Source: Desulfobulbaceae bacterium | GTDB lineage: Bacteria > Desulfobacterota > Desulfobulbia > Desulfobulbales > VMSU01 | DNA: 64,000 bases | Direction: 5' to 3' | Assembly (NCBI GenBank): GCA_013792005.1 | Contig: VMSU01000028.1 | Span: forward strand, 104-64,103 | Part shown: piece after piece, positions 1 to 9,056 of the stretch | Position numbering within the stretch: position 1 is the first letter of the stretch | How the letters are laid out: every line of letters starts with the position of its first letter | The notes under the pieces: model-generated | Told to the model about the DNA's origin: nothing | Databases searched by the model: none | The model's input: the letters and a program-made list of their open reading frames with translations, nothing else | Program-made: the position numbers and the translations under genes

Positions 1-75
1 ATTCGCAAAAGCACACTGCGTCTTGTATATCGGCCCTTTTGCTCAGCCATCCCGTGACTTTTTGTGAGACCATCA
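1..75 (+). repeat. MITE-like repeat family, copy A (left part cut by window edge; short variant with no internal module)
   Basis: Ends in the family terminal sequence 'ccgtgactttttgtgagaccatca'. Shares 'gcaaaagcacactgcg..ttgtatatcggcccttt' with copies at 8800-9016, 12691-12900 and 42296-42497. Confidence 0.6.
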
Positions 76-428
76 TCTTTATCATGTCCAGGATTTGTTT
101 CAAGTCAAGCCAATGATCTGTGGAAGGCATTGACTTCCATAGGGAGGTAGAATATTAGTTAATACCTGAATCTCCCCGCTGGAGACAGTAGGGATTGGCG
201 CTTGGTGGTGTGAGTGGATTGTTCTTTGGTTTTCCTCAGGCCGTCATTGTTTGATTTGCCGAAAAACGGATTTTGAAGTGACGTTGGGCTATTTCCCCAG
301 GCCATGCCGAGTCCCAGAAACCATTTTCAGTAATTCCGCAGAATTACCTCCTTTCCCTGAAGTTACAGAGGGGTGATTCCTATGCAAAATTTAACAGTAT
401 GATGAAGTTTCCTTCATAGCTGAACATC

Positions 429-1277
429 ATGAAAAGAACAGCCCTGATTCTCATTTCCCTACTGACTATTTTCTTCTCCTTGATAAGCGATAGAGCTATT
501 GCTGCGGGACCGTTACGGTTTGGTCTCTACCCGTACCTGTCTGCCACTAAGTTGGTTAAGAAATTTTCTCCTCTGGTCGATTATCTCAGTCGAGAGATGG
601 GACACCCGGTAGAACTTGAACTTGCCAAAAGCTACCAGGAACATATCCGTCGCATGGGAAAGGAAGATATTGACATCGCCTTTATGGGTCCCATCTCTTA
701 TTTGCAAATGACAGAACAATTCGGTGCCAAACCGATTCTTGCCTGCTTAGAGATTGATGGCAAAGCAACGTATCATGGTGTCATTGCCGTTAAAAAGGGA
801 GATCTGCTTCATGATCTCACCAGCCTGAAAGGGAAAAAATTTGCCTTTGGTGCAATCGACTCAACCATGGGCTACTATGTTGCCCTTTACATGATGAAGC
901 AGGCAGGATTGAACGTTGCTTCGCTGGGGAGTTACGAATCTATTGAAAACCAGGAGAATATCGCCTTGGGTGTGCTTACCGGCGACTTCGATGCCGGGGC
1001 CATGCGGGAGTCGATGTTTAAGGTTTATGAAAAAGAGGGGTTACGGGCTCTGGCAATCAGTGATCCCATGCCGGAACATCTCTTTGTTGCCGCTAACCGT
1101 CTGGGGAGCGAAAAGGCTGCACGACTCAGTAAGGCCTTGCAGGCCCTTAAATCCAGTGACAAGGGCAAGGCCATTCTCAACGCTCTTCAGGGGAACTTGA
1201 CAGGCTTGGTCCCGGCCACGGATCAGGATTATCAGGGATTGCGTGCAATCTATCGTGCTGTAGAGGACCATGAGTGA
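429..1277 (+). CDS. Periplasmic substrate-binding protein, PhnD-type (phosphonate/phosphite ABC SBP-like), orphan
   Basis: Signal peptide MKRTALILISLLTIFFSLISDRAIA. 'LRFGLYPYLSA..DIAFMGP..KFAFG' pattern typical of PhnD-like binding proteins. No permease or ATPase gene nearby. Stop overlaps the next gene start by 8 nt. Confidence 0.7.
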   Translation: MKRTALILISLLTIFFSLISDRAIAAGPLRFGLYPYLSATKLVKKFSPLVDYLSREMGHPVELELAKSYQEHIRRMGKEDIDIAFMGPISYLQMTEQFGAKPILACLEIDGKATYHGVIAVKKGDLLHDLTSLKGKKFAFGAIDSTMGYYVALYMMKQAGLNVASLGSYESIENQENIALGVLTGDFDAGAMRESMFKVYEKEGLRALAISDPMPEHLFVAANRLGSEKAARLSKALQALKSSDKGKAILNALQGNLTGLVPATDQDYQGLRAIYRAVEDHE

Positions 1278-3774
1278 GATGAACAAGATCGGTTATGGCC
1301 GGGCAATCAGCGCGTTATTGATCGTACTGGTGGGTTTTCTTGTGGGCGCTGATTACCTCATCCTCTCCTATCAGCGCTCACTTTTGACGACAGAGGCTAT
1401 CCAGCATGCGCGGAACGAAATGCGACTCTTTGGGACCTTGTCTCGGGAAGCCCTGCTCAAGCGCGACTATATCACGGTGCGATTATTTTTGAATCAATTC
1501 GCAGCAGAACAAAGTGAGATACGTGTTTTGAAGGCGGTGACCCCACAGCATTTTATTTTGGCCGAGTATAGAGATTCGCGGCCGACTACGATTCCCCTTT
1601 CGGTTAGGCACGAGGTTTTAGTTGATGACCAACCCCTGCTTGTGCTGGAGATGGTCAAGGATTTTGGCTACATTGAGAAGACCTTACGCACTCTGATGTC
1701 GCGGCTCATTATCATTTCTGTCCTGCTGGCAACTGCCCTTGGTTTGTCGCTCTGGTATCTCCTTAAGAGTATAGCCATAAAGCCTTTGGAAAAGGAGGTT
1801 GATGTGCGCTGTCAGGCCGAGGAGACGGCACGGCAGAGCGAGGCACGCTTTCGGCAATTGAGTGAAGCGACCTTTGAAGGCGTTGGCGTTGTTCAGGACG
1901 GCAAGGTTCTTGATGTAAATCAACAAATGGCTGATATCCTGGGCTATCAGGTCTCGGAGCTGATTTCTTTGCCGGTGCAGGATATTGTTGCCCCTCAATC
2001 ACGTCAGCTGGTGATGGCAAATATTCAGGCCGGCTATGAAGGCCTTTACGAGTATTTTCTTATGCACCGTGACGGTTCGCTGGTTCCCTGTGAAGCACGG
2101 GCCAGGATGATGAAGTGGCAAGGCAAGGATGCGCGAGTCACCATCGTCCGGGACCTCACCGAGCGTAAACAGGCGGAATACCAGTTACAGGAAAACGAAG
2201 AACGCCTGCGTACCATCAATAATAATCTGGCCTTTGGGATGATCTATCAATCAATCACCCTTGGTGATGGAACCAGGCGGTTTACTTATCTCAGCGACAA
2301 CGTTCAGCGCTTTTATGGTATCACCCCGAGCCAGGGCCTGGCCGATGCCAATCTGATCTATAGCAGGATGCACGAGGATGACTGTTGTCTCCTCTTGCAG
2401 AAGGAAGAAGAGGCCCTTCGGAATCTGACGACTTTTAAAAGTGAGGTAAGGGTGCTGGATCCTCAGGGTTCAATCCGCTGGTCCTATTTGGTTTCTGCCC
2501 CTAGAAAGCTGGACAATGGCTCCATCTGCTGGGATGGCATCGAATTTGATATTACCGAGAGAAAGGAAACGGAAATACTGCTTAACCGCAAAAACAAGAT
2601 GGAGTCTATGGGGACCCTGGCTGCCGGCATTGCCCATGACTTTAATAATGTCCTCCACATTATCAACGCTAACCTCGAAATCGCCCGTCGTGAGCCCATG
2701 ACGTCAACTCTGAGCCAGACTCTTGCTGTCCTCACCGAGTGTGAACAACGAGGAGCAGGGCTTGTTCAGCAGATCCTTCGTTTCAGCCGCCAGAGTTCAG
2801 AAGAGAAGGGGACAGTAGTTCTTGAGCAACTGATCCGGGAAACGGTCCAGTTACTCAAGGCAGACAGACTGTTTGATAAAGTAACCCTGGATCAGCAATT
2901 CGAGGCCGAACCAGTGCCACTTCTTGCCGATGAGCAGGAGATGCGGCAATTGGTGAGCAACCTTCTGCTCAACGCCTGTCAATCTTTGGAGGAGCAGGGC
3001 GGCCATATCACCGTTACCCTCAGCGTCGAAGATCATGTTCAGGCAGTATCGGTTTACGACGGGCAACTCAAGCCGGGGAGGTATCAACGGCTCACTGTTG
3101 CCGATAATGGTTGCGGGATAGATGATGCCATCATGGCGAGGCTGTTCGAGCCCTTTTTCACCACTCGCGAGAAATCTGGTGGCACTGGACTAGGTCTCGC
3201 CATCGTCCATGGCATCGTGCGCGCTAATGGCGGAGGGATTACGGTCGAGAGCACGCTTGGGCTGGGCACCACCTTCCACCTTTACTTTCCTCTCTTGGAG
3301 GAGTCCCTGAAGAAAACTGCCAGAGCAGTGGCGGCCGTTTCCTCATCCTTTGATGAGCCGGTTCCTGTACCAATGACCAGACCACTCCTCTGTTCCTCTG
3401 AAATCACCATTTTGTTTGTCGACGATGAACCGCTGAACATCGATAACTGGAGCGCGCTTTTGGCTCTAGAAGGTTTTGCCGTCCAAGGGTTCACCTCCGG
3501 CGCTGAAGCCCTGGAGGTCTTCAAAAAGGAGCCAACAACCTACTCCATCCTGCTCACCGATCTACGCATGCCTGGCATGAGCGGCAGTGAGCTGGCCGAA
3601 GCGATCCGTCAGATCCGGCCCGAGCTGCCCATCCTCTTTTCTTCGGGTTGGATTGGCCAAGAGATGGAGAGAACGCTAAATGATCTTGGTAATAGCGCCG
3701 TGCTCTCTAAGCCTCACGCGGTCAAAACGCTGGTTTTTACTATCCTTGACCTCTGCTCTCATGGTGTCGGATAA
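1270..3774 (+). CDS. Hybrid sensor histidine kinase (two TM segments, PAS x2, HisKA, HATPase, C-terminal receiver)
   Basis: H-box 'GIAHDFNNVLHII'. ATPase motifs 'DNGCGI' and 'GGTGLGLAIV'. Receiver 'ILFVDDEP..LLTDLRMPGMSG'. PAS-like 'FEGVGVVQDGKVLDVNQQMADILGY'. Confidence 0.9.
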   Translation: MSEMNKIGYGRAISALLIVLVGFLVGADYLILSYQRSLLTTEAIQHARNEMRLFGTLSREALLKRDYITVRLFLNQFAAEQSEIRVLKAVTPQHFILAEYRDSRPTTIPLSVRHEVLVDDQPLLVLEMVKDFGYIEKTLRTLMSRLIIISVLLATALGLSLWYLLKSIAIKPLEKEVDVRCQAEETARQSEARFRQLSEATFEGVGVVQDGKVLDVNQQMADILGYQVSELISLPVQDIVAPQSRQLVMANIQAGYEGLYEYFLMHRDGSLVPCEARARMMKWQGKDARVTIVRDLTERKQAEYQLQENEERLRTINNNLAFGMIYQSITLGDGTRRFTYLSDNVQRFYGITPSQGLADANLIYSRMHEDDCCLLLQKEEEALRNLTTFKSEVRVLDPQGSIRWSYLVSAPRKLDNGSICWDGIEFDITERKETEILLNRKNKMESMGTLAAGIAHDFNNVLHIINANLEIARREPMTSTLSQTLAVLTECEQRGAGLVQQILRFSRQSSEEKGTVVLEQLIRETVQLLKADRLFDKVTLDQQFEAEPVPLLADEQEMRQLVSNLLLNACQSLEEQGGHITVTLSVEDHVQAVSVYDGQLKPGRYQRLTVADNGCGIDDAIMARLFEPFFTTREKSGGTGLGLAIVHGIVRANGGGITVESTLGLGTTFHLYFPLLEESLKKTARAVAAVSSSFDEPVPVPMTRPLLCSSEITILFVDDEPLNIDNWSALLALEGFAVQGFTSGAEALEVFKKEPTTYSILLTDLRMPGMSGSELAEAIRQIRPELPILFSSGWIGQEMERTLNDLGNSAVLSKPHAVKTLVFTILDLCSHGVG

Positions 3775-3833
3775 TCTGGCGGATCCATCACTCCTCCTGG
3801 ATAAAGTTCGAGCAGGACTGTGGAAATTTAGAG

Positions 3834-5444
3834 ATGGGAAGAGTGATGAAGAGTCGTTGGCACCTCGAAGACCTGATTGATCTGGAGTATTTTCTCCATC
3901 GTGTGGAGCGGGAGGATACCATGGATGTTCCGCCAGCGGATGGTCGTGAACAGGACCGTGAAATTTACCTCCATCGGATTAAGCCACAGTTTGTTGAGGG
4001 AATAACGCCGTCTCGTCGGGTGATTGTGAGGCTTTGGTTGGAGGTGCGCCGGCAGATGGAGAAGGAAGAGATTGGCAGGCAGAGGGTTTTGCCGGGCGAA
4101 CTCTTCTCCCAGGTGTGGCGGCTTGTCATGGGTGGGTTTCTGGTTAGTGGCATTGTTGCCGGAGGGTGGTTGGCGACGTCACTCCTCAGCTATCGCGGGA
4201 CTGAGCCGGTCAATGTCTCATTTTATGTTGCCATCCTGGTGGTGGCTCAGGCCGGGTTGGCGGCAATTACCACTTTTTTTTTGTTGCTGAGGCGACGGCA
4301 CTGGCGCTTGCCTGGCGGGGTGCTTTATCCATTGGTGCGTTCATTGCTGGCTACGATTATGGGATGGCTCCGGAAGAGGGTGGATGAGCGGGTGTCCGGT
4401 GATCGGCGGGAAGAATTCTCCGCCGTCATCGGGCTGATCAAGGGCAGGGGCACAGTGTATGGCACTCTTTTTTTCTGGCCACTTTTTTTTCTGGTCCAAA
4501 CCTTTGGGATAGGATTCAATCTGGGGGGCTTGGCCAGCACAGGGTTGCGTGTGGTCGGCACCGATCTTGCCTTTGGCTGGCAGTCTACTCTCCATTTAAG
4601 CGCCGGGGCAGTCCACCGACTGGTCAGGAATATTTCACTGCCGTGGTCCTGGGCGCTGCCGCCGGATATTGCAGCCCCCTCTCTCTCCCAGATCGAAGGT
4701 AGCCGGATGATCCTCAAGGACGGCATCTATCACTTGTCCACCGCCGATCTCGTTGCTTGGTGGCCGTTTCTGTTGCTGGCACTCTGCTGTTATGGTCTAG
4801 TCCCCCGGTTATTACTATTGGTAGTGGGCGTAGTGGCTCAGTATCGGGCATTGGCTCGACTCGATTTCAATAATAGCGCCTGTGACCGCTTGCTTCAGCG
4901 GCTTGAGCGTCCGGTGGTGCGCCTTGACGGTACCGTGACGCCTGCTTTGGTGGAAGAGGCGGACCGTCCTGCCGCCAGGGTCTCAATGGATGATACTCGT
5001 GTCTTGACCGGGGTTGCTCTGATTCCTGATGATGTTTTTGATAACTGTTCGCTTGATCGCCTCAGGGTACTGGTTCGACAAGTTTTCAGTCTTGAGCTGG
5101 AGACATCGTATCGAATCGGCTTGGGGCTTGCGGCAGATCAACAGGTTCTTCGTCAAATTGCTGGGGGAATGGATAGCGGGGAACCCTGGTCTGTTGTTAT
5201 TCTTCAGGAGGCCTGGCATCCTCCCATTCGGGAAACCCTTGCCTTTCTTCAGGAAATACGAGCCATCCTCGGGTTGCAAGGACGGATTGGGGTCGGTCTG
5301 ATCGGCAAACCAGCGGTTGGCACAATCTTCACCCCGGTTAAGGACATCGACTGGCAGACTTGGCGAAGGAAGATCGCCAGTCTCGGCGACCCCAACCTGC
5401 GCATCGAACGTCTGATAGAGGATAATGAACGGTATGATGCCTGA
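3834..5444 (+). CDS. Polytopic membrane protein, DUF2868-like
   Basis: 536-aa ORF with several hydrophobic helices and an N-terminal charged region 'RLWLEVRRQ' resembling DUF2868 as I recall it. Its 3' end overlaps the downstream GTPase gene by 20 nt. Confidence 0.55.
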   Translation: MGRVMKSRWHLEDLIDLEYFLHRVEREDTMDVPPADGREQDREIYLHRIKPQFVEGITPSRRVIVRLWLEVRRQMEKEEIGRQRVLPGELFSQVWRLVMGGFLVSGIVAGGWLATSLLSYRGTEPVNVSFYVAILVVAQAGLAAITTFFLLLRRRHWRLPGGVLYPLVRSLLATIMGWLRKRVDERVSGDRREEFSAVIGLIKGRGTVYGTLFFWPLFFLVQTFGIGFNLGGLASTGLRVVGTDLAFGWQSTLHLSAGAVHRLVRNISLPWSWALPPDIAAPSLSQIEGSRMILKDGIYHLSTADLVAWWPFLLLALCCYGLVPRLLLLVVGVVAQYRALARLDFNNSACDRLLQRLERPVVRLDGTVTPALVEEADRPAARVSMDDTRVLTGVALIPDDVFDNCSLDRLRVLVRQVFSLELETSYRIGLGLAADQQVLRQIAGGMDSGEPWSVVILQEAWHPPIRETLAFLQEIRAILGLQGRIGVGLIGKPAVGTIFTPVKDIDWQTWRRKIASLGDPNLRIERLIEDNERYDA

Positions 5445-6864
5445 ATTTGCTATTGTCGGCCATCCCAATGAGGGAAAATCTTCAGTAGTTTCTACCTTAG
5501 CTGAGGACGACTCTGTCCGGATCAGCGCCACTCCCGGCGAGACCATTCAATGTCAGACCTTTACGGTAACCATAGATGGCCGGTCGATCATCCAGTTTAC
5601 CGATACCCCAGGTTTTCAGAACCCTCGACGGACTCTCCAGTGGATGCAGGAGTATAACGGTCCGTCATCCGCACTTGTCGAACAGTTCAGGGCTACCCAT
5701 ACCACTGATCCAGAATTTGCTGATGACTGTGAACTGCTGCTGCCAGTGACACGGGGAGCGGGTATCATCTATGTGGTGGATGGCTCCAGGCCGCTTCGCA
5801 ATGTTGATCGAGCCGAGATGGAAATTCTCAGGCTCACCGGACGACCCCGGATGGCGATTATCAACTGTAAGCAGGATGACACCGGTTATCTCGATGAGTG
5901 GAAGAACGAATTTCGTAAGCACTTTAATGCCGTGCGGGTGTTTAACTCTCATCAGGCGACTTATGCCGAGCGAATCGAGCTGCTGAAGAGTCTTGAGGCT
6001 ATTGATCAGGACTGGCAGCCGGCTCTCGAAACGGTGATCCTGGCCTTTAAGGAGGACTGGGGGCGTCGTAATCGCGTTGCCGCCGGCATTGTTGGCGATC
6101 TTGCTGAGCAATGTCTCACCTATACTCTGGCCCGTCCGCTGGCGGAGAACGTTCCCGAGACGAAAGTCCAGGAGCAACTTAAGGGTGAATATATCAAGAA
6201 GCTTGCGACAATCGAACGGGAGGCCCAGCAACTGATCCGCCGATTGTTTAAGCACAACATCTTTCAGTATGATTTGCCTCCCCAATCCATCCTCCATGAT
6301 GATCTCTTTGGGGAGAGGACCTGGGAGCTTTTGGGGTTGAGTAAGGGCAGGCTGATCGTTGCTGCCGCCATGAGCGGCGCTGCTCTTGGCGGCGCGCTGG
6401 ACTTGGTGGTAGGCGCCACTTCTCTTGGGCTGTTCATGGCTGTCGGTGGGGTGTCTGGGGCAGGGTATGCCGCGCTTGGAGGAGTAGAGAGCCTTGCTCG
6501 AACCAGGGTTATGGGAAAAAAACTGGGTGGTCAGCAATTACGGATCGGCCCCAACCGGAATATTCAATTTCTTTACATCCTTCTCGATCGGCAGCTAATC
6601 TATTATTCACAGATCATTAACTGGGCGCATGGTCGTCGGAACTCTTCTGCTGTTGTGGCACAGGGTAAGGGGTCCTCCGGCAAAGCGGGTTTTACCAATG
6701 CCTGGGAGAAAGAGAAAAAGAAGATTTGTAACGATTTCTTTGGCGCGGTCTTGGTCGGAGATGACGATAAGCGGGATCGGGCAAAGCGGAACTTGTCCGG
6801 AATGATTGAAGATATTCTGGATGAAATTTCTGGCTCCTCGCTGTTTCGTGTGGGTAGCCCTTAA
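5425..6864 (+). CDS. Membrane-anchored GTPase, DUF3482-like
   Basis: G1 'GHPNEGKS', G3 'DTPG', G4-like 'CKQD'. Glycine-rich hydrophobic hairpin 'AAAMSGAALGGALDLVVGATSLGLFMAVGGVSGAGYAALGG'. The start could instead be the ATG at 5434 or 5437. Confidence 0.65.
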   Translation: MNGMMPEFAIVGHPNEGKSSVVSTLAEDDSVRISATPGETIQCQTFTVTIDGRSIIQFTDTPGFQNPRRTLQWMQEYNGPSSALVEQFRATHTTDPEFADDCELLLPVTRGAGIIYVVDGSRPLRNVDRAEMEILRLTGRPRMAIINCKQDDTGYLDEWKNEFRKHFNAVRVFNSHQATYAERIELLKSLEAIDQDWQPALETVILAFKEDWGRRNRVAAGIVGDLAEQCLTYTLARPLAENVPETKVQEQLKGEYIKKLATIEREAQQLIRRLFKHNIFQYDLPPQSILHDDLFGERTWELLGLSKGRLIVAAAMSGAALGGALDLVVGATSLGLFMAVGGVSGAGYAALGGVESLARTRVMGKKLGGQQLRIGPNRNIQFLYILLDRQLIYYSQIINWAHGRRNSSAVVAQGKGSSGKAGFTNAWEKEKKKICNDFFGAVLVGDDDKRDRAKRNLSGMIEDILDEISGSSLFRVGSP

Positions 6865-7033
6865 AATGGATTATTGGGGAGTCTTGGTCCTGTTTTCCCG
6901 AGCCTTGCCGAGATCTCAAGAACGATTACTTATCATCGGCTGCAGGCGATTGGAAGGACCGCCCTCCGAAGCGACAATGCAAAACGATGCGAATCAAGAA
7001 CGAGCTGTCGAAATTCTTTTAGGGGAGAAAACC

Positions 7034-8584
7034 ATGCGTTCGATCATTAACTGTATCTTGTATCTGGTAGTCTTATTTTTCCCGTCTCTTGCTTTGGCTA
7101 CAACAACGTTTCCGATAGCCACTACATCAAGGATGGAGGATGCTGTCGGTGTCGCTTTTGACGGGACCAACTTTTTGATAGGCATCGGAGACAAACCGGA
7201 ACCTGATCGTCACAACACTTACCAAAGCATTACCGCACAGCTTGTGTCTAAGGCCGGGGAGCTTGTGGGCTCACGTATATTGACGAGTGCAATCGGAGGT
7301 TCGCCTATAGTTGCGTTTGACGGGCAGAATTATTTGCTTGCATACGAGGAAATCACGACCAATACAGTGGCGGGACAGTTCATAAGCAAATCTGGCGCAT
7401 TGGTCGGTGCGCCGTTCAATATTTTCACGTCACCGAATAGAAGCCTGGGTATGGCGCGCGGCATGCTCTTTGATGGAGCAAATTATTTTGTCGTTTGGGA
7501 AAGCGACAGTGAGCCCGACAACGGAGATACGGCGGATATATTCGGTCAATTCATCACCCCAGGCGGCGCCAAGCTAGGTTCCGTCGTGTCTATCAGCACC
7601 GCCGTGCATGGCCAGCGAAATCCGGGCATTGCCTTTGATGGCAAAAATATTCTTACGGTATGGGCCGATGGTCGCAACCAGAGTGCGTGTTTTACGGACG
7701 GCACGGGCTCACACTGTTTCGAGTCGGACATCTACGGCCAGTTCATCACCAAATCGAGCGCATCAGTAGCAGGGACTCTTTCCGGAAGCAACTTCCTTGT
7801 GGACCCCGGCAGTCTTCCCCGCGACGGTAGTCCTTTGGCGCTTGCTTTCGACGGAACCAATTACCTGGTTACCTTTACCGAAGAAACAACGTTGCCGAAT
7901 GCCTGTGCCGCTGGTGGGTGCAATTGGGAAGCTTACGGCATTCTGGTTTCGAAAGCCGGCGCAACACCGGGCTCCAGTTTCGTTATTGGAGCTACCACAA
8001 CCCGACCCAAGGTACTCCCGGTTCCCACCTACGTCGGAACTCAGTACATCGTGACATGGACCGATGCCATGGGCACTACGTCCCCATATGTCAAAGGCCA
8101 ACTGGTGGCGACAACCGGTGAGGTCTCGGGTTCGGAATTCACGTTGCTCTCGCCACCACAATCGGGCGTCGTACCGTGGTTGGGAATGGTATTCACCGGA
8201 GATGGTGCAAATCTCATGGTCTCGAACTGGGGTGTACCTGACCAAACCGAACCCGACAATATGGATCTTTATTCCGGTAAAAATGTCATGGGTTCATTGC
8301 TGAATATCGCAACCATCAATGCCGGCGGGACGACATACAACATGTCAATCGGGTGGAATCTGCTGGGCAACGGCCTCGCCGATGCATCGATCAATGTCGC
8401 GACTTATTTTGGCGATCCAGGGAAATATATCTCGGTCTGGAAATGGGTGCCGGCCTCCTCAAGATGGGCATTCTATTCACCAAGCATGGACCCCACAGCC
8501 TTTGCTTCTTATGTGTCTAGCAAAGGCTTTGACGTCCTTACCGTGATCAACGGAGGTGAGGGTTTCTGGGTCAACGCAAAATAG
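7034..8584 (+). CDS. Secreted repeat protein (six approx. 60-aa 'FDGxNYLVxW' repeats, probable beta-propeller) with a distinct C-terminal domain
   Basis: Internal ATG at 7034 preceded by 'aggggaga' and followed by signal peptide MRSIINCILYLVVLFFPSLALA. Repeats AFDGTNFLIG, AFDGQNYLLAY, LFDGANYFVVW, AFDGKNILTVW, AFDGTNYLVTF, YVGTQYIVTW. Each repeat is followed by a 'GQFIxKxGxxVG'-type strand. Confidence 0.6.
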   Translation: MRSIINCILYLVVLFFPSLALATTTFPIATTSRMEDAVGVAFDGTNFLIGIGDKPEPDRHNTYQSITAQLVSKAGELVGSRILTSAIGGSPIVAFDGQNYLLAYEEITTNTVAGQFISKSGALVGAPFNIFTSPNRSLGMARGMLFDGANYFVVWESDSEPDNGDTADIFGQFITPGGAKLGSVVSISTAVHGQRNPGIAFDGKNILTVWADGRNQSACFTDGTGSHCFESDIYGQFITKSSASVAGTLSGSNFLVDPGSLPRDGSPLALAFDGTNYLVTFTEETTLPNACAAGGCNWEAYGILVSKAGATPGSSFVIGATTTRPKVLPVPTYVGTQYIVTWTDAMGTTSPYVKGQLVATTGEVSGSEFTLLSPPQSGVVPWLGMVFTGDGANLMVSNWGVPDQTEPDNMDLYSGKNVMGSLLNIATINAGGTTYNMSIGWNLLGNGLADASINVATYFGDPGKYISVWKWVPASSRWAFYSPSMDPTAFASYVSSKGFDVLTVINGGEGFWVNAK

Positions 8585-8621
8585 GAATCCCTCTGGTGCA
8601 CTCTTCAGCAATATCCATGCA

Positions 8622-8652
8622 ATGCTCCGTAATCTTTTGAGCTGCGGAGCAT
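8622..8652 (+). terminator. Possible stem-loop downstream of the secreted repeat protein gene
   Basis: 'atgctccg'(8622-8629) pairs with 'cggagcat'(8645-8652), 15-nt loop. No clear T-tract follows. Confidence 0.3.
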
Positions 8653-8799
8653 CTTCAATTGCCCTGGCTCCGGTAGCTGAATTTCATTGGTTCGGCGGCA
8701 GTAACCGTTCTTGGGGATAGTCGGCGTGCGCAGCTCAAGGCAGATGAGCTCGTCGAAAATCAACCACCAGGTTGGCGCTGTTTAACAGCGCTTCCAGGG

Positions 8800-9016
8800 T
8801 ATAAAGAGTGTGAAATTCGGAACCTATCAATGCGTTGCAGCATATTTTTTGCTCATTCAGCATACCATATGTGTGGCTTCATTCACAAAAACACCCTGCG
8901 CCTCGGAGTCTCTCTTCGCTCGCTTACCTGTATGTCGGCCCTTTCGGAGTCTCGCAGGCTCGCTTACCTGCTTAGACATCCCGTGATTTTTTTTGCGAGA
9001 TTATCAACATTAATTC
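8800..9016 (+). repeat. MITE-like repeat family, copy B (two internal modules, degenerate left end)
   Basis: Colinear with the reverse complement of 42296-42497: 'ttttgctcattcagcataccatatgtgtggcttcattcacaaaaacaccctgcgcc'. Modules 'tcggagtctctcttcgctcgcttacctg' and 'cggagtctcgcaggctcgcttacctg'. Right end 'ccgtgatttttttgcgagattatca'. Confidence 0.7.
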
Positions 9017-9056
9017 GGCTCAGAATGTTGGCTTATGCCCCGCTAATCCAAACTTG

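Noticed and set aside
130-158. TTGACT-17 nt-TATTAG sigma70-like promoter upstream of the SBP gene
   Set aside because: The -10 is weak and it lies 270 nt from the start codon. Such matches occur by chance.
5665-6537. 290-aa minus-strand ORF
   Set aside because: It is antisense to the GTPase gene, which has clear G motifs. It has no recognisable domains.
6806-7033. N-terminal extension of the secreted repeat protein ORF
   Set aside because: It overlaps the GTPase gene 3' end. The internal ATG at 7034 has an RBS and is followed immediately by a signal peptide.
8653-8799. Possible gene remnant or palindrome 'GCGCTGTTTAACAGCGC' between the secreted protein gene and repeat copy B
   Set aside because: Hand translation of all frames gives only short stop-bounded peptides without motifs. 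The palindrome is isolated.
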